A stretch of 64,000 bases of DNA from Candidatus Binatia bacterium (lineage in GTDB: Bacteria; Desulfobacterota; Binatia; UBA9968; JAJDTQ01). The position numbers and the translations under genes are program-made. The stretch lies in the NCBI GenBank assembly GCA_963664535.1, contig OY761465.1, forward strand, positions 3,565,178-3,629,177. The letters run 5' to 3'. How positions within the stretch are numbered: the stretch's first letter is position 1; each line of letters starts with the position of its first letter. The notes below the pieces were generated by a model. That model was not told the origin of the DNA and did not search any database. It saw only the letters and a program-made list of their open reading frames with translations. Below are positions 32,909-42,386 of the stretch, piece by piece.

Positions 32909-34546
32909 TCACGTTTCCGCCGCGCGTCCGCGCAGTGCGAACAGTCCCTGGGGACGGCGTTGGATGAACAGGATGATGGCGACCATCACCACCACCTTCC
33001 CCAGCACCGCACCCGCTACGGGTTCGAGAAACTTGTTGACGACGCCCAGGGTCATGGCGCCCACCAGCGTGCCCGCGAGGTTGCCGACGCCGCCGAAGAC
33101 CACGACCATGAACGAATCGACGATATAGAGCTGACCCGGGTTCGGGCTGACGTTGCCTATTTGGCTCAGGGCCACGCCCGCCATGCCCGCGAGGCCCGAG
33201 CCGAGGCCGAAAGTGAGCGAGTCCACCCGGGCCGTGGGGATGCCCATGGTGGAGGCCATGGGGCGGTTCTGGGTGACCGCGCGGACGCTCAGGCCGAAGC
33301 CCGTATAACGCAGCAGCAGCGCCATGGCGCCCAGCACCAGGAAGCAGAAGACGATCAGGTAGAGGCGGTTGTAGGTCAGCACGAACCCGCCCGCGACCTC
33401 CAGCCCGCCGCTCATCCACGAGGGATTGGCCACTTCCTTGTTGGGCGCGCCGAAGATCGAGCGCACCAGTTGCTGAAGGATCAGGCTGATGCCCCACGTG
33501 GCCAGCAGCGTTTCCAGCGGCCGGCCGTAGAGCCAGCGGATCACGCCCTTCTCGAGCACCACGCCGACGATTCCCGCCGCCAGGAACGCGGCGGGAATCG
33601 CCACGGCCAGGTACCAGTCGAACAGCCCCGCGGGGAGGAACGCGCGAAACAGCTCCTGCACCACGAACGTCGAATAGGCGCCGAGCATGATCATCTCGCC
33701 GTGGGCCATGTTGATGACCCCCATGACCCCGAAGGTGATGGCGAGCCCGAGGGCCGCCAGCAGCAACACCGACCCCAGGCTGATGCCCTGGAACACGTTG
33801 AGGCCGAGGCCCAGGAAGAAGAGCGTGTCCTCGATGCGCTGGATGGCCGTGGCCGCGGCCTTGCGCACGGTTTCGTCCTGTTTCGGGTCGTTGGCAGTGG
33901 CGCCCAGCAGCGAGCGCACGTCGGCAGCCGTGGAGCCGGACAGCGCCGCGACGGCGGCTAGCCGTTCCGCCGTGGAGCCAGCCTTGAGGCGTGCGCCCAG
34001 CAGCGCGAACTCCATGGATTCGCGCACGGCAGCGTCGGTCTCCGCCGAAAGCGCGTTTTCAAGCAGCCCGATCATGCGCCCGGAGCCATGGCTCAAGGCC
34101 GACTGGGCGGCAGCCAGCCGCCGGTCGGGATCGGCGCTGAAGAGATCGAGCTGGCTCAGCGCCGCCTTGATGGCGCCGCGAACACGGTTATTGACCCTGA
34201 CCTTCTTGACCGCGTGCCGCTTCGCGCCCCCCAACAGCTCTCCGGTCAGGGGGTCGGTCAGGCGGTAGCCCTTGCCGGCCTTCTCGGTGATCACCAGCCT
34301 GCCGTCGGCCTTGCGGTGGTACAGCCGTCCGTCCCGCAGGGCTTCCAGCAAAGGGATGACCTTGGGGTCGCCGAGGTTGGCCAGCCTCCCCACGACGTCG
34401 GCCTTCTGCTTGAAACCGCCGGTCTTGAGCTCCGCCGCCACGTCGGTTATCTGCGCCGCTCGCACGCCGGCCGAAAGCGCGGGACTCAGGCACGCAAGCA
34501 CGAGAAGGACGAGGAGGGGTCGCCGCCCCTTTGGGTCAATGTCCAT
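32909..34546 (-). CDS. urtB: urea ABC transporter permease UrtB with long N-terminal periplasmic extension
   Basis: Signal peptide MDIDPKGRRPLLVLLVLACLSPALSAG, a ~240-aa periplasmic domain, then a LivH-type permease core. Confidence 0.85.
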   Translation of the reverse strand: MDIDPKGRRPLLVLLVLACLSPALSAGVRAAQITDVAAELKTGGFKQKADVVGRLANLGDPKVIPLLEALRDGRLYHRKADGRLVITEKAGKGYRLTDPLTGELLGGAKRHAVKKVRVNNRVRGAIKAALSQLDLFSADPDRRLAAAQSALSHGSGRMIGLLENALSAETDAAVRESMEFALLGARLKAGSTAERLAAVAALSGSTAADVRSLLGATANDPKQDETVRKAAATAIQRIEDTLFFLGLGLNVFQGISLGSVLLLAALGLAITFGVMGVINMAHGEMIMLGAYSTFVVQELFRAFLPAGLFDWYLAVAIPAAFLAAGIVGVVLEKGVIRWLYGRPLETLLATWGISLILQQLVRSIFGAPNKEVANPSWMSGGLEVAGGFVLTYNRLYLIVFCFLVLGAMALLLRYTGFGLSVRAVTQNRPMASTMGIPTARVDSLTFGLGSGLAGMAGVALSQIGNVSPNPGQLYIVDSFMVVVFGGVGNLAGTLVGAMTLGVVNKFLEPVAGAVLGKVVVMVAIILFIQRRPQGLFALRGRAAET

Positions 34547-34622
34547 GGATGGGATCCGTTGACGGTCCGGGCCCGCCACGTGGCGGCGGGCCCGACGTCA
34601 TCGAGTGAATTGACGGCAGCCG

Positions 34623-35924
34623 TCAGTTGGTGAACTTCGGGTTCTCGCAGTTGCCGCAGACCCAGGGGTAGGCCCAGTCGGCGGTGAGCTTGGCGCTCTC
34701 CGGAATGTACGGGCTCCAGGCGTCGGCCTTGATGGGACCCTCGGTCTCCCACACGACCTCGAACTGTCCGTCGGGCTGGATCTCCCCGATCATCACGGGC
34801 TTCGAGAGGTGGTGGTTGGTGTTCATGACGATGTCGAACCCGCTCGGGGACATGACCGCCTGGCCGTACATGGCCTGCCGGACCGCGTCCACGTTCGCCG
34901 TGCCTGCCTGCTTCACGGCCTGGGTCCACATGTTGAAGCCGATGGCAGTGGCTTCCATGGGATCGTTGGTGACCCGCTTGGTGTCCTTGATGTAGGCGTG
35001 CCACGTCTCGATGAAGGCCTCGTTCTCGGGCGAGTCCACGGACTGGAAGTAGTTCCACGCCGCGAGATGGCCCACCAGGTTGCTGGTGTCGATGCCGGCC
35101 AGCTCCTCCTCGCCCACGGAGAAGGCCACCACCGGAGTGTCGTCCGCGTTGATGCCTTGGTTGGCCAGCTCCTTGTAGAACGGCACGTTGGCGTCGCCGT
35201 TGATGGTCGAGACCACCGCGGTCTTCTTGCCGGCGGAGGCGAACTTCTTGATGTCCGCCACGATGGTCTGCCAGTCCGAGTGACCGAAGGGCGTGTAGTT
35301 GATCATGATGTCTTCGGACGCGACGCCCTTGGACGTCAGAAAGGCCTCCAGGATCTTGTTGGTGGTGCGCGGGTAGACGTAGTCGGTGCCCGCCAGGACC
35401 CAGCGCTCGACGCTGCCGCCGTCCTCGCTCATGAGGTACTCCACCGCCGGAATGGCTTGCTGGTTTGGCGCCGCGCCGGTGTAGAAGACGTTCCTGGAGC
35501 TTTCCTCGCCCTCGTACTGGACGGGGTAGAACAGCAACCCGTTCAACTCCTCGAAGACCGGAAGCACCGACTTCCGCGACACCGAGGTCCAGCAGCCGAA
35601 CACCACGTCCACCTTGTGCTTGGACAGCAGTTCGCGCGCCTTTTCCGCGAACAGCGGCCAGTTGGAGGCCGGATCCACCACCACCGCCTCCACCTTCTTG
35701 CCCAGAAGGCCGCCCTTCTTGTTGAGGTCGTCCACCATCATCAACACGGTGTCCTTCAGCGTGGTCTCGCTGATGGCCATGGTGCCGGACAGCGAATGCA
35801 GCACGCCGACCTTGATGGTGTCGGCGGCCTGGGCCGCGTGGCTCGCGAGCAGGGCCGCGGCGGCCAGCACCGGCAAGAGCCGGTACAAGAGTCGAAATGC
35901 GGGTTTGTTCAGAGACTTTCGCAT
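34623..35924 (-). CDS. urtA: urea ABC transporter substrate-binding protein UrtA
   Basis: Signal peptide followed by TIKVGVLHSLSGTMAISE... (Leu/Ile/Val-BP fold, UrtA family); ends ...CGNCENPKFTN. Confidence 0.9.
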   Translation of the reverse strand: MRKSLNKPAFRLLYRLLPVLAAAALLASHAAQAADTIKVGVLHSLSGTMAISETTLKDTVLMMVDDLNKKGGLLGKKVEAVVVDPASNWPLFAEKARELLSKHKVDVVFGCWTSVSRKSVLPVFEELNGLLFYPVQYEGEESSRNVFYTGAAPNQQAIPAVEYLMSEDGGSVERWVLAGTDYVYPRTTNKILEAFLTSKGVASEDIMINYTPFGHSDWQTIVADIKKFASAGKKTAVVSTINGDANVPFYKELANQGINADDTPVVAFSVGEEELAGIDTSNLVGHLAAWNYFQSVDSPENEAFIETWHAYIKDTKRVTNDPMEATAIGFNMWTQAVKQAGTANVDAVRQAMYGQAVMSPSGFDIVMNTNHHLSKPVMIGEIQPDGQFEVVWETEGPIKADAWSPYIPESAKLTADWAYPWVCGNCENPKFTN

Positions 35925-35963
35925 GGGGTCCTCCCTCGTGTGTGAATTTCTGCAAGGGGATGT

Positions 35964-35979
35964 GGCAACACGCGTGCCA
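35964..35979 (-). promoter_or_regulatory. sigma-54 (-24/-12) promoter upstream of urtA
   Basis: The reverse strand reads TGGCACGcgtgTTGCC, matching TGGCACG-N4-TTGCW. It lies ~38 nt upstream of the urtA ATG, with a gagggagg RBS in between. Confidence 0.5.
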
Positions 35980-36258
35980 AGTGCCGAATTGCCGCGCGCC
36001 GGGCGCTCGAACGGCCGTAAACAGGGGACTTGGTTGAGAAGAGGGGAGTACCGGCTCGCGCGATCCGGAAGCGTGTTCCGCTATCCAGAATCTAGGCAAC
36101 TGCGCAGAAGTTGGGCAGGCGGTCGGGGCTCATGAACCGGCGCCGGGGTCCCGAAGCCTCAGCCCCGACGAGATTCTCGGCCGGGTCAAGGAGAGTTGCT
36201 CACGCAAGACTACGCTTGACGGCTTGAGGCCCCGAATCGCCATTTCCGGTTCCCTCTC

Positions 36259-36359
36259 CGTCATTCCCGCGAAAGCGGGAATCCAGGGTTGGAGGGGACG
36301 CCACGGCCATACTTCCGCCGCTCCACCCCACCTGAATTCCCGCTTTCGCGGGAATGACG
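36259..36359. repeat. pair of inverted REP-like palindromic units (CGTCATTCCCGCGAAAGCGGGAATCCAGG...) in the urtA upstream region
   Basis: 36259-36300 and the reverse complement of 36326-36359 are near-identical. Each unit is itself a hairpin (ATTCCCGC-GAAA-GCGGGAAT). The same unit recurs at 46019 and 62365/62433. Confidence 0.55.
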
Positions 36360-36419
36360 ATACGGGCGTCGGCGCATTTCCGTACCCGAAGGGGAGACCA
36401 TGGCGGACCTTGCAAAGAG

Positions 36420-37628
36420 TCAGGGCCGCGCGGGCTCGGGGAGCGGGGCGTCGGGCGAACGGATGGCGATGTAGATCATCACGGCCGACGAGAGCAGGAT
36501 CAGGCTCATGATCTGCATGAAGCCGTCGTAGGTGCCGTAGACGTCGAAGTAGACGCCCGCCAGGAAGGGTCCTCCGGCGGAGCCCACCTGGTGGACGATG
36601 AAGCTCAGGCCCATGATCAGACCCGCGAGCCGCGGCCCCACCATCTCGAAGAACATGACGTTCTGAATCGCGATGGTGCCGAAGGTCGGCCCCATGGCCA
36701 GCGCCACCACGATGTAGAAGGCCAAAGGGTTCGAGAAGTCGAAGGACATGGCCAGGGTGCCGAAGCCGCGGAAAAGGTAGGAGAGGGCCAGCATCTGGGA
36801 GCGGCCGTAGCGGTCGGACAGCCAGCCGAAGCTGAGGGCGGAGACGGCGGCGGCGATGCCGAAGACGGACACGGCGATGGCTCCGGTGGCCGGGTCGAAG
36901 TCCTTGCTCAGTGCGATGCCCACCAGATGCACGCTCTGGAACAGCGCCACGCCGCAGGAGAACCGCGCCGCGAACAGCAGCAGCATGGTGCGGTCCCGCA
37001 GGTAGGGGAGGCAGCTTCCCCAGGTCGCGGCCTCGCGCCGGCTGGCGGAGGAGGGCGCCGGATCGCGGGCGCCGATCCACCCGAACGGAAACGCCACCAC
37101 CAGGAGCAGCACCCCGCACGCGATGGCGGCCACCCGCCAGTTGTAGCTGCCGATGAGGAAGTACAGCAGCGGCGCCAGGAAGAACGGGCTCAGGGGCGAC
37201 GCCGTCTGGACGATGCTCACCACGAAACCGCGGCGGTTGGCGTCGTAGTGCTTTGCCACCAGCAGCGAGATGATCACCAGCCCGCAGGCGCCCTTGGCCA
37301 TGCCGGTCATGATCCCGAAGGTCAGGCATAGCTGCCACAGGTTTTGCGACAGCCCCATGCCGAAGAAACCGGCGGCCATGAGGAGAATCCCGCCCAGGAT
37401 CACCGGACGGGTGCCGAGGTCGTCGGCCTTCTTGCCGAACAACACCCCGCCGATGCCCCAGCCCAGCATGGCGAAGACGTAGGGAATCGTCGCCGTGGCG
37501 CGGGACCAGCCGAAGGTGTCCTCGATGGGCGTCAGGAACAGGCTGAACGCGTTCATGCTGATGGACGTGATGACCACGACCGCGGCGGAGAAGAGCACGA
37601 TGAGGCTACGCGGGAGGTGCATTGCCAT
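36420..37628 (-). CDS. MFS transporter
   Basis: 402 aa with 12 predicted TM segments (MAMHLPRSLIVLFSAAVVVITSISMNAFSLFLTP...). Confidence 0.8.
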   Translation of the reverse strand: MAMHLPRSLIVLFSAAVVVITSISMNAFSLFLTPIEDTFGWSRATATIPYVFAMLGWGIGGVLFGKKADDLGTRPVILGGILLMAAGFFGMGLSQNLWQLCLTFGIMTGMAKGACGLVIISLLVAKHYDANRRGFVVSIVQTASPLSPFFLAPLLYFLIGSYNWRVAAIACGVLLLVVAFPFGWIGARDPAPSSASRREAATWGSCLPYLRDRTMLLLFAARFSCGVALFQSVHLVGIALSKDFDPATGAIAVSVFGIAAAVSALSFGWLSDRYGRSQMLALSYLFRGFGTLAMSFDFSNPLAFYIVVALAMGPTFGTIAIQNVMFFEMVGPRLAGLIMGLSFIVHQVGSAGGPFLAGVYFDVYGTYDGFMQIMSLILLSSAVMIYIAIRSPDAPLPEPARP

Positions 37629-37712
37629 CTCAGGAGCGGACGCCCGCCCCCGGGCGGGGCGCTGAGGGCGAGGTTCCCGGCGGCACGGAGAACACGGGGG
37701 TCCGCCCGTCGC

Positions 37713-38735
37713 TCATGCGAGGTACCCGCGTTCCCGGTAGAAGCGCCTGGCGCCCGGATGAAGGGGGACGTCGTAGGGCGCCTCCTCGTCGTTGGCGCAG
37801 AGCTGCGCGATGTCGAGGGGCTTGAAGTTGTCGGTGGGGATAGTCTTCTTCCGCAACTCGATGGCTTCGCAGAGAGCGTACGCCACGTCGTTGGGCATGT
37901 CCTTGCGCACCACCATGGGCCAGCCGCTGAAGTCGACGGTGGGAAGGTCCTCGGTCATGCCCTTGAAGTGGGTTCTGGGCAGGATGGCGCCGCGATACCC
38001 CAGTGCCTTGAGCCGCCGCAGCACCGGCCCGTCGATGGGCAGGTAGCGGAAGCCACTGTCCACCGCGGTCTGGCCCCAACTCTTGATCCCCTCGTCGAAG
38101 ACCGCGTTCACCGTTCCCTTCTCGATGGCCTCCCGCCGGTCCGGATGGCTTGGCCGTGTGACCGATTGGATCCGGCCGCCCCACTTGCGGATGCCGGCGA
38201 TCGTCATGCCGGCGGCCCCGAGGATGGACGCCACGGTAAACGCCACCGGCGTGTCCACCAGGCTGCGCTTGCCGGTGGGGCCGGTGGAGAGGTTCAGCGG
38301 GATTCGGTCCTTGGCGATCTGTTGCAGCGAGGTGATGCCGGTGGACTCGTGGACCGCGAAGCCCATGACGTCCCAGGACGGGAACACCGCGATGGTGCGC
38401 AGGGGCATGCGGCCCTCCAGCGGCCCTTTCCCCCTGTAGGCGAGGGTGACCGATGCGGACGGGTTGATCCAGGCCATGGAAATCTTGCCGTCGGCGAGCA
38501 TCTTGAGCTCTCGGAAGCTGTCGGCGCCGAAGGAAAGGGACACACAGTCGACCTGGCCGCCCCGCGGCAGCAGCGACAACTGCAGGTAGTACCCGAGCCG
38601 GGCGTCGGTCTGGAGCACGCCTTCCGCCGCCCGGCGGGTCTGGTGGGAGAGGGAGGTCTCGTAGAGGCCCGAGGCCACCTCGAGCATGCCCTTCACCCGT
38701 TGTATCGCCGCGTTGTAGCGCCGTCTGGTGGCCAT
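37713..38735 (-). CDS. TAXI-family TRAP-type solute-binding protein homolog, no signal peptide (orphan; no DctQM partner)
   Basis: Starts at the internal Met MATRRRYNAAIQRVKG. The C-terminal ...DVPLHPGARRFYRERGYLA matches the conserved TAXI terminus (LHPGAxKYYKExG). Confidence 0.65.
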   Translation of the reverse strand: MATRRRYNAAIQRVKGMLEVASGLYETSLSHQTRRAAEGVLQTDARLGYYLQLSLLPRGGQVDCVSLSFGADSFRELKMLADGKISMAWINPSASVTLAYRGKGPLEGRMPLRTIAVFPSWDVMGFAVHESTGITSLQQIAKDRIPLNLSTGPTGKRSLVDTPVAFTVASILGAAGMTIAGIRKWGGRIQSVTRPSHPDRREAIEKGTVNAVFDEGIKSWGQTAVDSGFRYLPIDGPVLRRLKALGYRGAILPRTHFKGMTEDLPTVDFSGWPMVVRKDMPNDVAYALCEAIELRKKTIPTDNFKPLDIAQLCANDEEAPYDVPLHPGARRFYRERGYLA

Positions 38736-38743
38736 GCCCGGTT

Positions 38744-39832
38744 CTAGAGAGCGTAGAGCGCCTTGGGATTGTGGTACAGGATGTTGTCCTTCCGCTCCTG
38801 GCTGATGTCGTCCATCTTCTTCAGGTCCAGAATGGCGTCCATCTCGCTGGACGGATCGGTGTGGCCGTAGTCGGTGCCGATGACCAGGTTGCCCTCGCCC
38901 GAGTACTTGAGCACGTAGGGGATGTCGTCGTTGGTCTGGCAGGTGACGTAGATGCCGTACTCGGCGAAGAGGTCCTTCGGGAACTCGCGCCTGGCCGCCT
39001 GATAACGGTTCTCGCTCTCCAGGTAGATCCACGGGACCCATTGGGAGGAGGCTTCGATGAAGCTCCAGCGGAGATCCGGGAAGACCTGGGGAATCTCGCT
39101 CATGATGAGTCCCAGGCACGAGGTGACCGTGGGCGCCCGGAACATGGCGAAGCGGCCCGCCGTGGTGGGGCGGTAGGTGTCGCAGTTGGCGGGGTTGCCG
39201 TTGGCGATGTGTACCGCGATGGCCAGGTCCAGGTCACTGGCCTGCTGGTAGATGGGGTAGAAGTACGGGTCGCACATGTCCCGGTCCCCCTCCAGGGGCC
39301 GCATGCACACGGCCACCGCGCCGTCCTCCTTGGCCTGCCTGATCTGCGCCGCGGCCTCGTCCAGCGCCAGCACCGGCACCACGCAGGACCACCGCAGCCG
39401 GCCTTCGCTCTGCCGGTAGATGTCGCCCAGCCACCGGTTCCAGCTCCGGCACAACGCCGCCTCCACGTCCGGCCGGGTGGTGATCTGCTCGATCCAGAAG
39501 GTGTTGTGGAGCACCTGGACGTCGACTCCCAGCTTTTCCATGTGGTCGAGCCTGAGCTGCACGTCGTCCAGCTCCCGGGCCGCCTGGGGCGACTCGACGT
39601 TCCGCCCGAACTGGTCCGACAGGTCCCTCAGTTGCTGTTCGCTGTAGGTGGGGAAGCGGAACCCGCGGATCTTCTCGTCGATGACCCAGTACTGGAGTGT
39701 AGGCTCCTGGGGCGACGAGAACAGCGTGGGCCGGAACTTCTGCTCCGACGGTTCCAGATAGTCCCACGTGTGTTCGGTTTCGATCACATGGGCATCCGCA
39801 TCGATGACGGGGAGTGTCTCTTGACTGGACAT
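38744..39832 (-). CDS. amidohydrolase family 2 (ACMSD/LigW-like decarboxylase/hydratase)
   Basis: MSSQETLPVIDADAHVIETEHTW...VIGTDYGHTD; paralog of 46093..47163. Confidence 0.8.
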   Translation of the reverse strand: MSSQETLPVIDADAHVIETEHTWDYLEPSEQKFRPTLFSSPQEPTLQYWVIDEKIRGFRFPTYSEQQLRDLSDQFGRNVESPQAARELDDVQLRLDHMEKLGVDVQVLHNTFWIEQITTRPDVEAALCRSWNRWLGDIYRQSEGRLRWSCVVPVLALDEAAAQIRQAKEDGAVAVCMRPLEGDRDMCDPYFYPIYQQASDLDLAIAVHIANGNPANCDTYRPTTAGRFAMFRAPTVTSCLGLIMSEIPQVFPDLRWSFIEASSQWVPWIYLESENRYQAARREFPKDLFAEYGIYVTCQTNDDIPYVLKYSGEGNLVIGTDYGHTDPSSEMDAILDLKKMDDISQERKDNILYHNPKALYAL

Positions 39833-39983
39833 GGCGCGACTCCTTGATACGATACGCGGCCGGGACATCCCGGCCACAACACCCGACGCTCATGGCCGGG
39901 CGGTGGGGGTTCCACTGTTTTAATTCGACCAACGGGCATCGTTTGTCAACCGCCGGACCGGTTGACAGACCCTCGACAACACG

Positions 39984-40748
39984 TCAGTGCAGGTTGGCGC
40001 CGCCGTTCACGAGAATGGACTGGCCGGTGACGAAGGCGCTCAGATCGGAAAGGAGATACAGCGCCGTCCCCACCACGTCGTCGGGCTTTTCGATGCGCTG
40101 CAGCAGGCGTTTGGCCGCGGATCGCTCGTAGTCCTGGAGAGCGGCCTCGGTGGGCTCTGGCTCGCTGGCGGTGGAGCCCGGCGCCAACGTGTTCACGCGG
40201 ATGTTGTCGGGTCCCAGCTCACGGGCGAGGACGCGGCTGAAGCCCACCACCGCCGCCTTCGACACCACGTAGTGCATCATGCCGCCGCCGCCGTTGTAGG
40301 CCATGTTGGAGGCGATGTTCACGATGCTTCCCTGCCGGCGCTCCTGCATGGCCGGCGCCACCGCGCGGCTGCTCAGCCACAGCCCCTTGACGTTCACGGC
40401 CATCACCCGGTCCCACTCGTCTTCGGCGATGTCCTGAAACCCGGAGCGCGTTACCGGCACGCTCAAGAAGACCGCGGCGTTGTTCACGAGCCCGTCGATC
40501 CTTCCGAACGCTTCCAGGGTGGCCTCGGCCATGGCCTGGCAGCTCGGGAAGTCCGCCACGTCCGTCTGCACCCCGAGGGCCTGGCCGCCTTCTCGAGCAA
40601 CCTCCCGGGCCACCGACTCGGCGGCATCCCCGTCGATATCCGCCGCCACGGGAATGCCACCCTCACGCGCGATCCCCAAGCAATAGGCCCGGCCGATGCC
40701 GTTGCCCCCTCCGGTGACGATGACGACTTTCTGATCCAGCAGACCCAT
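39984..40748 (-). CDS. SDR family NAD(P)-dependent oxidoreductase
   Basis: TGGGNGIGRAY Rossmann motif, the NNAAV region and YVVSKAAV catalytic YxxxK. Confidence 0.85.
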   Translation of the reverse strand: MGLLDQKVVIVTGGGNGIGRAYCLGIAREGGIPVAADIDGDAAESVAREVAREGGQALGVQTDVADFPSCQAMAEATLEAFGRIDGLVNNAAVFLSVPVTRSGFQDIAEDEWDRVMAVNVKGLWLSSRAVAPAMQERRQGSIVNIASNMAYNGGGGMMHYVVSKAAVVGFSRVLARELGPDNIRVNTLAPGSTASEPEPTEAALQDYERSAAKRLLQRIEKPDDVVGTALYLLSDLSAFVTGQSILVNGGANLH

Positions 40749-40934
40749 GATGGTTCCTTTCTTTGCGGACACGCCTGGAGAACTCTGCGGCAGGTTGCAA
40801 CCATCGGGATTCCTTGTCAAGGCGCCTCCCGCCGCGCGGACCTCCCCACCACTCCCGGGGGTCCAGAAAGAACACCGTCCGCCGCGTGCGCGGCCCTCTT
40901 CTACAACCGCTCCCCGATTGCTACGTTGACCCTA

Positions 40935-41342
40935 ATGGACCACCGCGCCAACCTCCTGGAACGGGACGACGACATTCAGGACCTGATCGCCTCGGTCCGC
41001 CGGATCGCCGTCCTCGGTATCAAGACCGAGGAGCAGGCCTCCCAGCCGGCGTTCTACGTGCCGCGGTACATGGACCGGGCGGGCTTCGACGTGATCCCCG
41101 TGCCCGTGTACTACCCGCAGGTGACGGAGATTCTCGGTAGGCCGGTGTACCGCCGGCTGGCGGACATCCCCGGCGCGGTGGACCTGGTGAACGTGTTCCG
41201 GCGCCCCCAAGACATCGAACCGCATCTCGACGACATGCTGGCCGCGAAACCCGCCGCGGTGTGGTTCCAGTCCGGCATCCGCCATCAGGCCGTGGCCGAG
41301 GCGCTGGCGCGGGCCGGCATCAAGGTGGTCCAGGACCGCTGA
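40935..41342 (+). CDS. CoA-binding domain protein (YccU/YneT-like)
   Basis: 135 aa, IAVLGIKTEEQASQPAFYVPRYMDRAGFDVIPVPV, typical of the CoA_binding_2 fold. Confidence 0.75.
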   Translation: MDHRANLLERDDDIQDLIASVRRIAVLGIKTEEQASQPAFYVPRYMDRAGFDVIPVPVYYPQVTEILGRPVYRRLADIPGAVDLVNVFRRPQDIEPHLDDMLAAKPAAVWFQSGIRHQAVAEALARAGIKVVQDR

Positions 41343-41400
41343 CTCATGGTGGAGCACCGGTCGCCGGCGGCGACCTTCCCGTAACCGCTCCCGGGTTGCC

Positions 41401-42279
41401 TCACCCGAGGGCGAGGACCCAACACAACAACACGGCCGCGGCAGCCAGAACGCCGATCTTGAGCTGCATGGGGGCATCGTCCGGCCGGTCCGCGGTGGCC
41501 GCCCGCAAGCCGCCCACGGCTCCGCCCGCGGCAAACCCCCAGAAATGCGCCCACAGGTCCGTCCGCTGGCCCCCGGTGCCGAGCATGGCGAGGATCGCCA
41601 GTCCGGCGGCCAGCGGCACCCAGGCGCGCCGTCCCCGGACGCCGATGCGCCGCCGCCGCGCTACCTGTGTCCCGCCCAGCACGCCGAGCGCGCCGAAGAC
41701 CGCGGTGGAGGCGCCGACCGAAATGTGGTCGAAGCCGTAGAACCAGGCATTGCAGAGGTTCCCCAGCGCGCCCGCGCCCAGCACCAGCGCGGCCCCGACC
41801 CCCGGCCCCTCGGAACGGCACACCGCGGTCAGGAAGAACAGCATGGCCACGGCGTTGGAGCCCACGTGGGGCAGATCGGCATGCAGGGTGAGGGCGGTGA
41901 TCGTGCGCCACAGCTCGCCGCCGAGGATGAGCTCGGCGGAGGCTCCGCCGTGGGCGACCCAGCGCACCGTCCCGTGGGTCCAGGCGGCGAAGACGTAGAA
42001 CGCCAGCAGGCCCGCGGCAACCGCCGCGCCCGTGTAAAGAGGCGCCTCGCCGGTCCACACCTCCTCTTCTGGAGCGGCGGCACGGGTCTCGCTCTCGTAG
42101 TCCCAGAGCTCCGTCACCGCCCGCTCCAGGTGTTGCGAGGGCACCGAGAGGACCCAACCCCCGGAAGTGTGCACCAGACGCGGGCGCAGGCCCTCCGCTT
42201 CCAGCACCAGGGCCCATTCCTCCGCCAGCCGGAGATCCGGCGTCCTGCGTACGATGATGTCCCTTCCTGCCTGGGTCAT
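41401..42279 (-). CDS. rhomboid-family intramembrane serine protease
   Basis: The TM core carries the catalytic GASTAVFGALG (GxSx) and AHFWGFAAG (His) motifs. The N-terminal cytoplasmic domain starts at MTQAGRD. Confidence 0.75.
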   Translation of the reverse strand: MTQAGRDIIVRRTPDLRLAEEWALVLEAEGLRPRLVHTSGGWVLSVPSQHLERAVTELWDYESETRAAAPEEEVWTGEAPLYTGAAVAAGLLAFYVFAAWTHGTVRWVAHGGASAELILGGELWRTITALTLHADLPHVGSNAVAMLFFLTAVCRSEGPGVGAALVLGAGALGNLCNAWFYGFDHISVGASTAVFGALGVLGGTQVARRRRIGVRGRRAWVPLAAGLAILAMLGTGGQRTDLWAHFWGFAAGGAVGGLRAATADRPDDAPMQLKIGVLAAAAVLLCWVLALG

Positions 42280-42386
42280 GGGCGTCGCTTCGAATCGGTC
42301 ATTTGCCGGCCCCGACCAGCCGGATCCGGCGCATGGGACGTAGATACAAGACACGAATAGCGGCTTCAACTACCGCCGCCGCGGTC

